The notes under the pieces were generated by a model that was not told the DNA's origin, searched no databases, and saw nothing but the letters and a program-made list of their open reading frames with translations. Both the position numbers and the translations under genes were made by a program. This document shows, in pieces, positions 49,789 through 63,867 of a DNA stretch of 64,000 bases (the first letter of the stretch is position 1; each line of letters starts with the position of its first letter). Source of the DNA: Octopus sinensis (lineage: Eukaryota); NCBI RefSeq assembly GCF_006345805.1, contig NC_042998.1, positions 102,796,001-102,860,000 of the forward strand, in the 5' to 3' direction.

Positions 49789-50784
49789 CTAAATTAAAAT
49801 TACTGCAGAACATTCTTAAAGCAGTGCAAAGCAGTTTTACAGATAGATATATGTGTTTTCTCCCACACATAAAACTGCTATATGATCAGTGTAACAATCT
49901 GACACAAAGTTTTCTCATTAGTTTTAATCTGACATACTTGTCCACCGATTTCAGGTTAGCAGCACTACTAACTGGAGGGAAGGAAAACCGTTCAAACATC
50001 TTGACCTCAATTTTCAATAAGAATGAATGTTCAATTTTGAACGTCTATATTAAAAGCTATCTATTTTGAAGATAAATAACTTTTTACTTTTTCACTATTA
50101 CTATTTACTTTCCTTTATTTCATTCTAAATCACACGAGTTGTAGTATAGATAACAATAAGGAACCTTTGAACAGCTTTGTTTGAATAGCAAGCTGGAATT
50201 TACATTGAATTCAAAGAAACTGACGTCAAGTGCTAGATTAGAATTTAATTATTCTAAGAATCAATGTTTATTAATTACGTAGATTTATCAAACAGAAGAA
50301 ATATTACATCTTATCTAAAAGTAATAAGAATAGTAATTTGTATTGAAAAATATAGATGAAAAGTTGTGATGTGGATTAATTTTTTTTAATTCTTTGATTG
50401 ATTCATTTGAATGTTCTACACAATATGTATCGAAGCTAGTAAGATTGAAAAAATCTCAGTAAGCTTAAACGCAATAAGTTTGAGTTTACAATTAAGAGAA
50501 GTCACACAGTCAACTAGTTCTGTTTCTCCGCTACAAATAAATCATCTGATTTAAGCTTTACATTCAGCCCCATAAATTAATTTCGTTCGTAATCTATTGT
50601 AAAGTTGTTATGTTGTTAAATGATTTAAATGTGTATAAAGCAACAATTGAAGCTAAATTGTAATGCCGACACGCTTTCATCTTGCTGTTTGCTTTACAAA
50701 TGCTTACTACTAATATCCATTTAACCTTAACGGAACTAAATAATTGGTTTGGCTTACTTAAAATCTTTAGATTTCAAGGGAATA

Positions 50785-52047
50785 CACAGACATGTAGGAA
50801 GTAAATAGACACCTTTAATTTTCAAAATCTTTTATTTAATACGCAAAGTGAACAATTGAAATGTAATCGATAGGTAGGACTTCATACTTTATATTTTGGT
50901 GGCATACACTTTGCAGTTTTTAATTCAGAAACTCTTTTTGGTATTGAACTGATGAGCTCTGTGATTGTCTCTTGTGGAATTTCTTCCCACTTTTCACGCA
51001 ACAATCGAAACAATTCATCTTTAGATTTAGGTTTCTGTCGGGTTTTTCGTATAGCTCTATCTAGTATGCTCCAAAGATTTTCAGTTAAGTTCATGCCAGG
51101 AGATTGGCTCGGCCAGGGAAGCTTTTTGATCCCATTTTCAATCAGCCATTGTTGATTCCTTTTCACTGTGCGGCATGGTGCCCCATCTTCCATGAATAAA
51201 ATTCCTGTTTCGTTCTGTTATCGTGTGAATACATCGGAAGTAGTCCTTGTTTAAATATTTCGATGTATTTTTAAGAGTGTATGGTTACAATGCATTCGAT
51301 CAGCTCAGAATGACCATTGCTGGTGACAGCTCCGCATACCATTACAAAGATACCGCCATGTTTCACAGTTGGTTGGAGGCGTTTCAAATCAAATTCTTGA
51401 TTGGGAAGCCTTCAGACCCAGACACGTCCACTGTGTGAAAATAATGCAAATCTGGATTCATCAGAGAAAATCACTGAACTGGATTTTTCTTACATCTCCT
51501 TAGCCCATTTCTTTCTTTTCATAATATTAATTGATTGTAGGAGAATTTTCTTCTAGCTGCTGGTCCATAATACCCAAGCTTATGCAGATATGTAATACAT
51601 GTTCTTGGACTAACTTCTAGCTGTTTTGGAATGTCAGAAGCCTTCGAACGGGGCTCGTTTTCCACAAATCTCTTCAAACAGCGAAGCTTCCTTTCCGAAG
51701 GCCAAGGTCGGCTGGGACGAGAATCTGTCGATTCTTTTCCTTAGCTTTAGAATTGCACTATAATTCTATTAAAAGTAGCAAGAGGAATTAGAAGAATTTC
51801 AGCAATTTTTCGCTGGCTAAGACCAGCCTCAGATTGCCCAACAATACGATCTATTTGAAACTCTGACAGCTCTGCTGAATTTTTTGTAAGGGGCATGGTT
51901 ACTATTCGCAATTGTTTAATGTAATGGCACCTGGAATGAAAATGAATAATTACATTGTAAATTCTACGCCGCTAAAGACATATTAAGATGCTTAGATCGG
52001 AAAATTTTGAAACTTAAACGTGTCTATTTACTTCCTGCACGTCTGTG
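50785..52047 (-). mobile_element. Full-length but decayed Tc1-like transposon with ~46-bp TIRs and TA flanks; transposase 51896 to 50882
   Basis: TIR cacagac.tg.aggaagtaaatagacac.tttaa at both ends; VIFSDES; MEDGAPC; WPSQSPGMNLTENLW (DD34E-type); multiple stops. Confidence 0.92.
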
Positions 52048-52902
52048 TATAGTTATATACCTTTTCAAAGTAAAGAAGTGAAATCTTATTGATTAGAAAC
52101 CGAATTTACATCGTACAATAATATATGAAATCCTGAAACTCAGTTCTTTTATTACCGCATTTCGTATATCCACTCTCAACTTTAGACGCATTTAATGAAT
52201 ACAGAGCTGAAACTCCTCAAAATGACTTATCGATTGATATAAATCACTGAATGACACATAAATACTGGTTAAAAAGAGTACTTATCTTGATGAAAGTAGT
52301 ATTATACCATCAACGTTGATGCTTCCCTCGTTAATGATATCCACGTTACATACAATAGCACCAAAATAGCGTTGAATTTTGCTGTATGCGTTTTAACTAC
52401 TGGTGACTACTTATCAAAAATAACATTTCGTTATTTGATTTCTTGGAAGGGCTTTCAGAAAGTCTTCAGAACTGTGGACGATATGTTATCCAAAAAAGAG
52501 GTTTCGCTAAATTAAACACTTTGTAATTTCATGGAACTTAGATTTGCCGGCAAGTGCTATTTCGAATCTTGTTAGTACTGAAGTATCCTGTACTTGTATC
52601 AGCTCGGTTTATATACTAGATAGTTATATCTACATGGAAGTATAGTGTATGGTATAGCTTGGAGCAACAATTTAAAACTAAGAGTTTTATTTCATAATAA
52701 TACCCCTTCAAAAACAATTATTCGGCTCTAAATACAAGGGAGATAAGGACCCCACTAGCAATAATGTAGAAATCATATGGTCGGTCCATTTTTGTGGTAA
52801 TGTCTTTCCATTATTGATATACATTTTTGTATGTCTTTCAAGCTTAAATAAATTTGATAATGTGATTAAAAGTACAGTATTCATTTAATAAATAAGTATA
52901 TA

Positions 52903-53745
52903 CAGTGTGCTCCAAAATCCACTGATGGATGTTAATTTTTAATAACATATTTAACTTTACAAATAATGCATGAAATTTTGATACAATATAAAGTACATAA
53001 TGGAAATTAATATGTACATGTCACATTTTGCAACAGCACTACATCTCATATGAAAAATGGCATCGCTTAAATGGCAGCCATTTTCGGCTTCGCACGCCCG
53101 TGCTCTTTCCAACACTTGCACCATAACAACCTCATGAGTTTCAAGCCCCACTTCTCTGATTTCTCTATTGACGTTCTCCTTCAGTTGCACCAGGGATTCT
53201 GGATTGTTGACGTAAAGCCTCTCTTTCAGGTATCCATGATTGAGACCCTTATGCGCTCGGCCATTCAAAGTAGACCCCACAAGATGGGACAGTTGCTCAT
53301 ACCGCAAGAGAAACATTGCAGTTGCAATGACACTGTTTTGAGTAGAGGATAATCTTCCGCTGTTGGACTTCATGTTCCCAAGACTTGACTAGCCCGGATA
53401 TTTTCTTTGGGGGAAACTTGAAAGAGGGTTTATGTCGACAAACCGGAGACCCTGGTGCAACTGAAGGAGAACATCAATAGTAAAATCAGAGAAGTGAGAT
53501 CTGAAACTCTTGATGGTGTTACGATACACGTTTTGGAAAGAACACGGGCTGCGAAGCCGGAAATGACTCCCCTTTAAACAATGTCATTTCTCATGATGTA
53601 GTGGTGTTGCAAAGTTTGACTTGCTTATTAATTTCCATTATGCTTATTAATTTCCATATATTGTATCAAAATGTCATGCATTTATTTGTAATGTTAAGGA
53701 AGTTATTAAAAATGGAAACCCTTCATTGACGTTTGAGACACCCTG
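52903..53745. mobile_element. Foldback derivative of a mariner-family (apparent DD37D) transposon made of two inverted 3' ends
   Basis: TA-flanked imperfect TIRs; ~340-bp arms both encode LKERVY..P..L.QLKEN; the plus-strand centre reads QDGTVAHTARET...WTSCSQDLTSPD with 37 residues between the two D. Confidence 0.75.
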
Positions 53746-53829
53746 TATTAGTTCGATAATCTTTGACCTAGCATACGCTTTCAGAATAGAGTGAAGTTTT
53801 TTCGGTTTTTCATGTTTTTCATCAAGTGT

Positions 53830-54385
53830 TAGCATCCAATATTTGCTTGTTTCAAGGTATTTGGCCAGTCCGATTGTGGTGGTTTTGTACGTAAGTTAAA
53901 GCTGGATCAAGCCTCGACCTCCCTGGGCTCTGGGAAGGTAAAGACGATCCACATCTGCGTTTGTATGGTGTATCTTATTACAAGTCAGTAGCTTGCGGAT
54001 TTTTCTGTCAGTTTTCATTATTTCACTAGTATTCCAGTTAAGCACATTGAAGTTATAAAGAACAACTGGGATAGCTAAGAAATTTATGGCTAACACCTTA
54101 TTATATGCATTCAGCTCAGACTTCAGGACTGCTCGAACTCTTCTATAACATTCCTTCATAAACTTCTCTTTCATGATTGCATGCTGGATACCAGAGCCAT
54201 CATTTATTCCTAGGTATTTAGAGATTTGTTCCTGCTCAAGTTCCTTTATTGCTGTTTCGACATCTAATTCGATTGAACTTGACTTTACCAATTTCTCTTT
54301 GTTAAAAGTGACTTTGGCACACTTTTCAAGTGTGCCATCTCAGTATCATCACTGAATCCCAAACTCCATCCCGATATCATTACTG
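53830..54385 (-). mobile_element. R4/Dong-like internal fragment (copy-2 subfamily)
   Basis: ORF 53896-54291 closely matches 3830-4200 (ELEQEQ..KYLGINDGSGIQHA..YLPRAQGGRGLIQ). Confidence 0.85.
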
Positions 54386-54436
54386 AATATTATCATCATC
54401 ATCATCATCATCATCACCATCATCGTCATCATCATC

Positions 54437-54498
<62 letters not shown>

Positions 54499-54576
54499 CA
54501 TTATTATTATTATTATCATTATCATTACTATCATTATTATTAATAATATTTTTATTATTATTATTATTATTATTAG

Positions 54577-54607
<31 letters not shown>

Positions 54608-54625
54608 GTCATTATTATTATCATA

Positions 54626-54680
<55 letters not shown>
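54386..54680. repeat. (ATC)n/(ATT)n compound trinucleotide tract
   Basis: Direct reading. Confidence 0.95.
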
Positions 54681-54681
<1 letters not shown>

Positions 54682-55619
54682 CTTCTCTTCCTGGAATCGA
54701 ACTCGGAATCTTAACCTCTACGCCATATGCCCGTGGCGTTATTTCTCTACTTTGCGTTCTCCGCAATAATTGTCTGGATTATTCCATCAATGCTTTTTCC
54801 ACTATTCCAGTATCCTGTTATTGTGACAATTGTACGCACAGGGTCAATGAACACTCGTTTGTTAATTAAAAAAATAAACTAAAATTCAATGATATCGTAA
54901 ACTTGGTAAGATACAGTGTCACATATTTTATTAAGTTATTAGCATTATACTGCATTAAGATTACGCTTATTAATTTAAAGATAGTTGGCAAAGATCTAGA
55001 TAATACCGTTAGACGTAATTTCCAAAGAAATCTTGGAATTGACATAAAAATACGTCATATGAATATTTATATATTGAACTGTCTCTTTTAAAGTTATTCT
55101 CTGATTGCATGTTGCCAAAAGTTTTCATGAATTTTTATGTATTCTAGCAATTGTGTGTTGTGATGTGTTTTCTAAGTGTTCTCGTGTGCACGAGATTGTA
55201 TTTATGATTAGGTGCTTCTGTGCGTGTTACAATAACAGACATCAGCTTCCCTCTTCAATTTGTCCCTTAGCGTTGCACAATTAGACAAACGTAGTAGGGA
55301 CATGAGCATAGATACACAACGTGAGCTCTTAGATAATTTACTCATTTATTTACTTTCATGTCTATTAACTAAAATTTGATACCTCATTCAGTAATCATAA
55401 GTAATGACAGAATTGGTGAACACCATGCTTCGCTGAAGAGGTTAATCTCCAGAATTCTCAGCATACTTGCAAAGATCACACTTACTGCCTATGATATATC
55501 TAGAGTATATTTTGTGTTTATATTAATAGATTTAAACACCCGAGAAACCACCCCTGTCCTTCTTGCCTAGAATCGATAATTAAACTCATATGCTAACTCA
55601 CCACAATACAGACATAGTT

Positions 55620-55850
55620 TAAGACCGTTAGGTGGCTGATTCCTTAGGAAGTCAGGCAAAATGCTTAGCGGTATTTCGTTCGGCTTTACGTTCTGGGTTA
55701 AAATTCCACCCATGTCGACTTTGCCTTTCATCGTTTCACGTTCGATGAAGAAATACCAGCTGATTTGAGTACTGGGTTGATGTAATCGACTTGTCACCTA
55801 CCCAAAAACTGATGGCCTTGTGTCAAAATTTGAAACAAGTATAGACATAA
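55620..55850 (+). mobile_element. tRNA-derived SINE (second family)
   Basis: aaatgcttagcggtatttcg..ggttaaaattcc (B-box-like)..gtcgactttgcctttcatc..gtactgggttgatgtaatcgact; a decayed relative lies at ~23520-23700 (-). Confidence 0.7.
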
Positions 55851-56849
55851 CTTTAATGTATTACTATTTGGCTCAATATATTAATTATACTAGCACAGCC
55901 TATGCTATTCAGTTTTCATGCACACACATGAGAAACTTTTGTGAAGTCAGTTTTGTTCCAAATAAATTCACAAACAATTTTACTATTCATTTAACTCGAC
56001 AATTTAAAGGAAGATGAAGTACTAAAGTTGGAAAATCATGAAATCTATAATCGATTACATTCGAAGTTAAATCGTAAAACTTTCATTTAAAGATGTTTAG
56101 GATAGATTTATTGAAAGATTAAATGTGAAATTGTATTGAATGCTGAACATTTGGTATTAATTAGCTCAGGTGCCATCGAAAATTACAGGCAAGTTAATAT
56201 TTCTATCATTGTTTTCTTGTTACTAACCCTTTAATTGAATTTTCAGTATCTGCAAACAAGGAAACTGTATTGGAAAACAGCAAAACTAATAAATCTAATA
56301 TAACAAAACAATAGCTGAACGTATAATCTACTTGATTAACTCCGGAAATTTTGAAAAGTTTCATTTTAATTGTAAAGACCAAATGGATATGTACTAAGGC
56401 ACTATTTACAAATTGGACGCAACTAGTTTATTATTGATTTTACAACTATACATTTTGATATAAAATTGACCTTATTACTGAATCTGTGAACATCTAGCTA
56501 CTTGGAGAAACAGCGTTTAAATAAAATGATTTCAAAGATAAAGCTGAAATTGCACATTTTCTGGAGGGGGAATTCATTACAATTATTGTTTTAATTAGAA
56601 ACATAAAAGCAAAATTTCACGTTAATATTATTGGCATTTTCAAATACCAACTAATGTATTTTAATAATGTTGAGATCATGGTACAAATCTAGAATGGGTT
56701 AAGTCAAATCTACGGGAAAAATAGTAGATCTGATGTTTACAGTATGGGCTATATCACCGTATTGATTGATTTGCACCTGCTATTATACGAAGTAGCACTA
56801 TCGGGAACCCCAATATCCTGGAGCGAAAATGCAGTATTTACACCAAGAA

Positions 56850-58080
56850 ATGGTTTGGGCCATTTTAAGCGATTAAGGGCTCAACGTTATATCGGAACAG
56901 AGGGTTTCTATAACCGCTTTGAGATCGATAAAGCTAGAAATGTGAAAACTGTCGTGATACTGGGTTGGAAGGACGCGAGGGCGTTAAAATAGGAGACAAT
57001 CTGCTCGATGTCAAAGTTACAGGAAAATGTAGCACAGTGACACAATAGCATCATTAGAATGTCGAGACTTAGTAGGATATATTAAATGTAGCCAGAACAG
57101 TATTGGTTGTAATCCATTTAAAATATTGGCAAATATGACACAAAGAGGGCTAAGAGCCGCTGTTAGTGCTGCGTTAAAGCTACAGAAGGGAACTTAATTT
57201 TTTACAATGCCCTCAGCAATGGCCAAGAGGGAAGAAGAAGTTACTGAAGGAAGGTAGGTTGGGATGAGATCTATTGATGTAGCACATCACTGTTGACCTT
57301 ACTTCTTCAAGCCATCACTTTCCACAATCTGTCGAGATACAAAATAACGAATGACAACAAATGTAGCATACTAAAGCATATTCTATTTAACTACTAATTG
57401 GTGTTGGGAAAGTATACATTGAGATACAAACAAATTCCTTTATAATATTAATAAAAAGCAGATAGAAATAATTACTGATAACAAAAAAAAAGAATACGAA
57501 CGATGGTAGTAAACAGTTTATCACGTTTTTCACTTAAAAGAGGAGAAAATTGTGAATAACGGGAACACGGATGGAGTTTGGGAGGTGGAAGAAGATTTGG
57601 GGTGTGAACATCTCTTTTCAATACTTGCACGGAAAACAATCGGATGTAACTATAAGGTGTGAAGAATTTAGTATAATACATTTTGTGGAATTAACTGTCC
57701 CATAATTCAAATTCAGCTCAGGTTAGGAAAGACGAGCACTATGAGAAGCTACAAAAATTCTTATTAAAGTGCATTCCATTTTCCTGTAGAACTTGGAGGC
57801 TGGGAGTTTATTGGAACCAGATTGAGATAGTGGCTGCTTAGAACTGGTGCCATACATTGGTAAGAAAACGCAATCGGGAAAGAGCTCTAGGTGTCAATTG
57901 AGAGAGATAGCCATTGCATAAAGTGGAAAAGGAATGATGAAACCTGATTGGAGATGATTTCAAGATGTACTTTATGTCCAATACTAGTCAGTCGAATGTA
58001 TAGGTGGGGGCGCTCCCCTCAGTGAGGTGGGGGTAGCAGGGAAGTATCGTCCAGAGGAAGTCACAGAAACGGTACACATT
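56850..58080 (-). mobile_element. Highly degenerate CR1/L2-like LINE RT-to-3' fragment
   Basis: Scattered minus-strand fragments (LELFPD.., KFFTP.., LDRL.., LASFP-like) in the order expected for the RT thumb region. Confidence 0.45.
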
Positions 58081-58700
58081 ATCTCAAAAAGACCCCTAAA
58101 AATCTACTGGCATCTGGGATGCTGAGTTTTTAAATGACTACATTCGCATAAGTAAGCTAATTTCAAGCCTAAGTTGCTGTACTTTGGATGCTTCCGCCAT
58201 CAAAATACGTAAATAACAGAACGAATCCATCACCATATAACGTATATGAGAATGCCTTGATTATATTCGAAGCTAACCGCATTTTTTGAATTCACGTAAA
58301 GTAATTTTTTGAGCGACAGTACAATTTAAAATAAATAAATAAAATAAATGGAAGTTTTACCGATATATTTCCTCGCGGCAGTTTGAAATATGAGAAAAAA
58401 TAAATTCATTTAACTAGGCATCAAACCGAGTTGGCTTTTTGCTCCAAGGTATTCGCCATATATTAATGAGATTAACAAAAACCGCCACCGATTAAAACGG
58501 GTGCAACCGACAGGCTGATGCTGGTAGCATATTCCAATTTGAATACCTTCATTTCAATATTGACACACTTTCAAAATAAAGCCAAGATAATAGAGAAAAA
58601 TGTAAAATTTACATTATCTTATTGAAAAGAATATGTTAACATGCCTGCAAACATGCAAAATTTTCCATCATGTACAGACGAAACGTTTATAGAATGAATA

Positions 58701-58744
<44 letters not shown>

Positions 58745-58823
58745 CTTCCTTTCTCTATCTCTTATTCTCGTTCTCTTTCTCTCCCCCTTTTCTTTCTCAC
58801 TCTGTCTCTCTGTATATGTATAT

Positions 58824-58871
<48 letters not shown>

Positions 58872-58933
58872 CATATACATATATATATATATATATATAT
58901 AATATATATATATATAATATATATATATATATA

Positions 58934-60335
58934 CAGAGATACCCGGCGTTGCTCCGGATTAAAATGCCATAGTTTGTATATAATATACTACAGTTATGTT
59001 GAAACAGGTGATATGGGAAAGTGCAGCATTGACAACTAAACATCTGTGGAGTAAATGCTGAGCGAATTCGACTAACCAACATGCTATGCGTCCGTTTGGA
59101 GTATTTCGGGCTCTAATCTGTCATGGAAAATTGGAGGGGGTTATGTGATTTTTGAACGCACCGAAAAGCTGTCAGTGGATATACTCTCTTTTGCAGCGCT
59201 GTGTCTAACACGACTCATCATCTGAAATGTTAACGCCTCCTTCGGGTTTGTTGTCTTACATCACTCATAAAGTAAATTTGGAGGAACTGTGGCTGTTCAT
59301 TTGTGGGTAACAGGGAAGCAATGAGGTGATAGACTTATCCTTGAAGTTTGACGTGGGCGTAAATTCATGTTTATCTATCTTCCTAGATGCACCAAAGGAT
59401 GTCATTTAAAATGCAGAGTTGTATTGTCTGATATTGTTCAGAAATTCATTTGATTGGTTGGATGTGCCTTCGAGAAAATCCATAAGAGATTGAGAAAGAG
59501 CTGGTAGTGCTGGTAATGTTACCTGACCACCTGAGCAGTACATATCGGTTGTTTCATTTGAACATATTAAAGCCTTACAGAAACGACAATTTGTGTTTAG
59601 CACACCAATTTAGACACAGTTATCATTTTATAAGAATGGGGTGGATTATATCTGAAAATAGCTTCAGGAATTGTGAAGAACGAATTTGTACGTAGTCTGT
59701 TTCTAACAGTTCTTCTACTGGACCTCTGTCTAATCATTCAAACATTGATTTAAGGATCCAGCATTGAGTGCTGCAACATGCATTTGCTGATCTTGAAAAA
59801 ATCTCATCTCTTTTCAGATTCTTGCTTTCGGTTTTCTACAATCCTCCTTCCTTTATACTTGTTTCCGGATAGATTACGTCTTTTCTGTGTTTCTTCCGCC
59901 TGTTCTGTAAAAAATTATTTGAAGAGTGCAGAAAATGAAAGAAGAGAAAGCGAAAAGGACAGAGAAAGAAGGTGAAAGGAATATGTTAACATGCCTGCAA
60001 CATGCAAAATTTTCCATCATGTACGTTTATATGAAATGGACGTACGCGTGTGTGCGAGAGAGAGAGAAAGAGAGTGAAAAAGAGAGATAGAGTGAGTGAG
60101 TGAGGGTGTGTGTCGTGATGATTGATGTCTTTTAATGTACACACATATATAGAAAATGTGACGTCATTGTATAAAATGTTTACGATAGTTGATTCATAGA
60201 AATCTTTATAATGTTAAAGTTTTGAAATGCAAATATATGAAAGGAAATTAAGTTTAATTTGTAGCCGAAATAGTACTGAATCTTATGATACCCCATACGT
60301 CAAAATCTGTAACACGGTTTTGAAATGCATAAGGA
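58934..60335 (-). mobile_element. Internally deleted Helitron (N-terminal RepHel fragment + 3' hairpin lacking CTAG)
   Basis: CRFCKAL..NET.DMYCSGGQVTLP.L..FLNNIRQYNSAF*MTSFGA; ccggagcaacgccgggtatctctg hairpin at 58934-58957; 5'-region segment duplicated at 58629-58675 / 59979-60024. Confidence 0.8.
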
Positions 60336-60383
60336 ATATATATATATATATACGCGAGAAAGAAGCAACAAGAATGGATAGGT

Positions 60384-60474
60384 TTTTAGTACAATCGTTT
60401 CATACAAGGACAGGCTTTATTAAAAGTTGTAAAAATTACAGCATATAAACGTGTCCCGTACTCATCAGCTAAAA
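60384..60474 (-). ncRNA. Predicted type I hammerhead ribozyme (inverted arm)
   Basis: Exact reverse complement of 63633-63723. Confidence 0.75.
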
Positions 60475-60559
60475 TACATGTGAGTTCTCTAGACATCCTA
60501 GTGGTTGAGGCTATACTCATGAAGTAATGTAGATAATTAAGTAACATAAACAGATTTCC

Positions 60560-62175
60560 AAAGTTCATTACCCATTTAGAAAGGAAGGCGAAATCACGAA
60601 TTACGTAAATAAATTATCAAATCATCCCCCAAATATAATAGAATCTTTAGTAAGAAATATTTCATTAAGAATTTCAAAATTATCATCCAATAAGGATATA
60701 TTTAACTCCCATTCTGAGCATTATAATGAGGCGTTAACTAAGGCTGGATACAACCAAAAGATTACATTCGTTGATAAGGGGAACTCACGTATTCCTAATA
60801 ATGAAGTTATCAGTAATCACGTAAGCAGCAATACAGACCAAGCCCGAAATAAAAGTAGAATTAAATTAATGGTAAACGCTAATCTAGCGCACAGGCCCAA
60901 CAATTCAAATAGAAGCATTGACCAGAACATAGGTAACTCGGATAATATTGAAGTAGATAAACCTAAGATGCACACAAATAAAAATAAAAATAATGGTAAT
61001 AAATACAATAACTCCGGTGAGATGAATAGTAGTAATTCTACGAACCCTAAATTTAATAAAAAAGATATATTATGGCTGAATATCCCTTTCAACTGTGCGA
61101 TACAATCGGATATACAGAACAAATTCAAAGTAATTCTGGAAAAAAATTTCCCTATCTCTCATAGATATCATAGAATTATATCTAGGAAAACAGTTAGGAT
61201 TTCTTATTCAACCCTCCCAAATATGTCCACTTTAATAGCTAAGATTAATAATAAAAACATTAAACTAGCCAGGAAAGATAGAAATAAAAATAATAATATC
61301 AGCATGAATACCAATAGCAATTATAATAATACTACCAACAATAAAAACAACAATAGTAACTATCAAAACATAGGTGAAATTAGTAACCACAGAATGACTA
61401 ATAACATTAACATTAATAGTAATAATAACAATGCCGATATTAATAGAAGTAATAATGTTAATAATAGAAGTAATAGATATATTGCTAATGGAGAAAATAA
61501 GGAGAATGAAAATATCAGTGATATTTATAACAGCAATATGCAGTCGGAAAAAAAGACTAACAATAATAGTAACATTACCAATAATATAAGAAATCATGGT
61601 AGGACTTTAAACCTAAATGATGAAGCTGAAGGATCAATAAATAATAGCAATACTTTAGATATCAGCACCAACTATAGAAATGATAATCAAAATAATAGGA
61701 ACCTAAGACATCTACCCAAGAATAATCCAAAGCCTGAAGTTGCTCCTCCTGTGTGTAAGTGTAGAATAAAATCAAAATGCCCGGCACCTGGTCTATGTGG
61801 GGAAAATAATGTAATCTATAAATGTACCATATCCACGGAGAATAACAAATATCTTACGTTGGATGTACAATTAATTTTCTAGCCAGAGTTAGAAATCACA
61901 TCTCGTCTTTTAACTTACGTCATAAAGATGGTACCACCACACTTTCAAACAAAATCTGGGAACTCAAAAATAATAATAAAAATTATAACCTTAATTGGGA
62001 AATAGTTAGGAGAGCAATTCCGTATAAAAATAGTAGGGTTGGTTGCCAACTATGCTCCATGGAGACGTATGAAATTCTAAAGCATAGAAAACATAGAAAC
62101 TTATTGAATAATCATATCGAACTAGGTCAAGTTTGTGTCCACGCTAAATTGAAGACTTTAAAATATTTTAAATGA
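60560..62175 (+). pseudogene. PLE RT-thumb/linker/GIY-YIG ORF (5'-truncated; 1-nt frameshift at ~61852)
   Basis: Open frame from 60560 to 61882; the GIY-YIG C-terminal half is in the -1 frame from TAC GTT GGA (61855) to TGA (62175). Confidence 0.85.
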
Positions 62176-63632
62176 TTAGAATATCCGTAACTAGATAGAT
62201 AGATATAACTTGATTTCTACTAGTATAGCACTGCTTTAAGTAGATAACTAAGAGTTCTCACACTACAGTTATCTTTTTCCTTATATCTGCATCAGTTTTT
62301 TGAGAACAGGGAAATGAATAGTACTTATACGCTGCTTAATTGAGGCTTTATCTAATTTCAAACTCATAATCTTTTAAATTCTTAATTTTAAATCTTAATT
62401 GTAATTTTTAATTTTAATTCCTAACTTAATCTAATTTAAGTAGCATAACTCTAATAAAATAAAATGAGATACTATAGCCCCATAATTCTATTTCAAAATT
62501 AAATAAATAAGGCTACTCCCTCGGTGATAATATGATTATCTTCATTATGATAGACAATCCCCTAACACCTTGTAAATGATCTTCTAAGATTTGACCTGTA
62601 GTCCGTCAATGTATGAATAATAACGGCAACTCCTTAAGACAATTAAATGAATAAATTAAATAAGTAAGTTTTATTGACTTTTTGATAAGATTATACTTAG
62701 ATTTTCCTAATGTATTTTCTTTTGATTTTAGCATCTGACCCCTAAACCCCTGACTGTGTTATCTCTTTAGATTCTCTTTAAATTCATAGCTGATTTCAAC
62801 AGCAATAAATTAGCTGTTTTACAGGCCAAAGAATAATATTCTCCTCTAGTTCCTAGATGCCTGTAAATTAAAACCAGACTTGCCGTCTACTAATTCTTCT
62901 GGATAACTAGAACCCTCTTTTTTATTTTTATTTTTTCCCTTCTTTCCCTATTTCTTTCTCTTTTCTCTTTTTTCTGTTTCTTCTTATTCTCTTTTTCCTT
63001 TTCTCTTCTCTTTTAGTCCCCTTCCCCCCCTTTTTTTTTGCTCCCTCCTCCCTTATTTTCTCTCTTTTCTTCTATTCCCTTCCCTTTCTATTCTTGGCCT
63101 CTCTAGAAAGCCCTTCAGCCTTTAAAAGTTAAATAGCTACAGCCTCTTGTAAATAGCAGTAATGTGATTAATGTGGCAAATACCTAATCATATAACAAGA
63201 ATTGATACCTACCTCATTGTGTTCAACCATTGATAATTTATCGCCTGTGAATATGAAATTCCTCTTCATTTCTCTGGAAACTTACATCTACACCATTGGA
63301 AATTGTGCATCTATACAAAGGATTAATTCACCCTCTCTGTAATGCTAATAAGCAGGAATTGAGACCCACCTCGTTGTGATTAACAATGGATAAATTTGTC
63401 TTCTGTGAGTATGTAATCCCTCATCATATCTCTGGAAATTCATATGTGCTCTATGGATTAGGTCACCTTCTCTGTGATGCTATTAGAACTTTTTTAAAAT
63501 TCTGTGATAAGACTGTACATCATCTTTAAAGAACTTTAATGAACTTTGGAAATCTGTTTATGTTACTTAATTATCTACATTACTTCATGAGTATAGCCTC
63601 AACCACTAGGATGTCTAGAGAACTCACATGTA

Positions 63633-63723
63633 TTTTAGCTGATGAGTACGGGACACGTTTATATGCTGTAATTTTTACAACTTTTAATAAAGCCTGTCCT
63701 TGTATGAAACGATTGTACTAAAA
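63633..63723 (+). ncRNA. Predicted type I hammerhead ribozyme, cleavage after GUA at 63717
   Basis: ttttag-CUGAUGA-gtacgggaca..[loop]..tgtccttgtat-GAAAC-gatt-GUA-ctaaaa. Confidence 0.78.
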
Positions 63724-63867
63724 ACCTATCCATTCTGTTGCTTCTTCTCGCTTATAATCACCCCACATTACTGTATTGTTAAAACAGTATAGTTTTTTTT
63801 TTTGGTGCATCTAAGTTAGGTACCATATTCAAGTAAATTCATTTAAATTAACTTGAATCTTTATTGC

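Noticed and set aside
61740-62175. Selenocysteine-recoding (in-frame UGA at conserved Cys) as described for some Naiad elements
   Set aside because: All conserved Cys positions visible here are TGT/TGC, the only TGA is terminal, and I see no convincing SECIS. The missing 5' part cannot be assessed.
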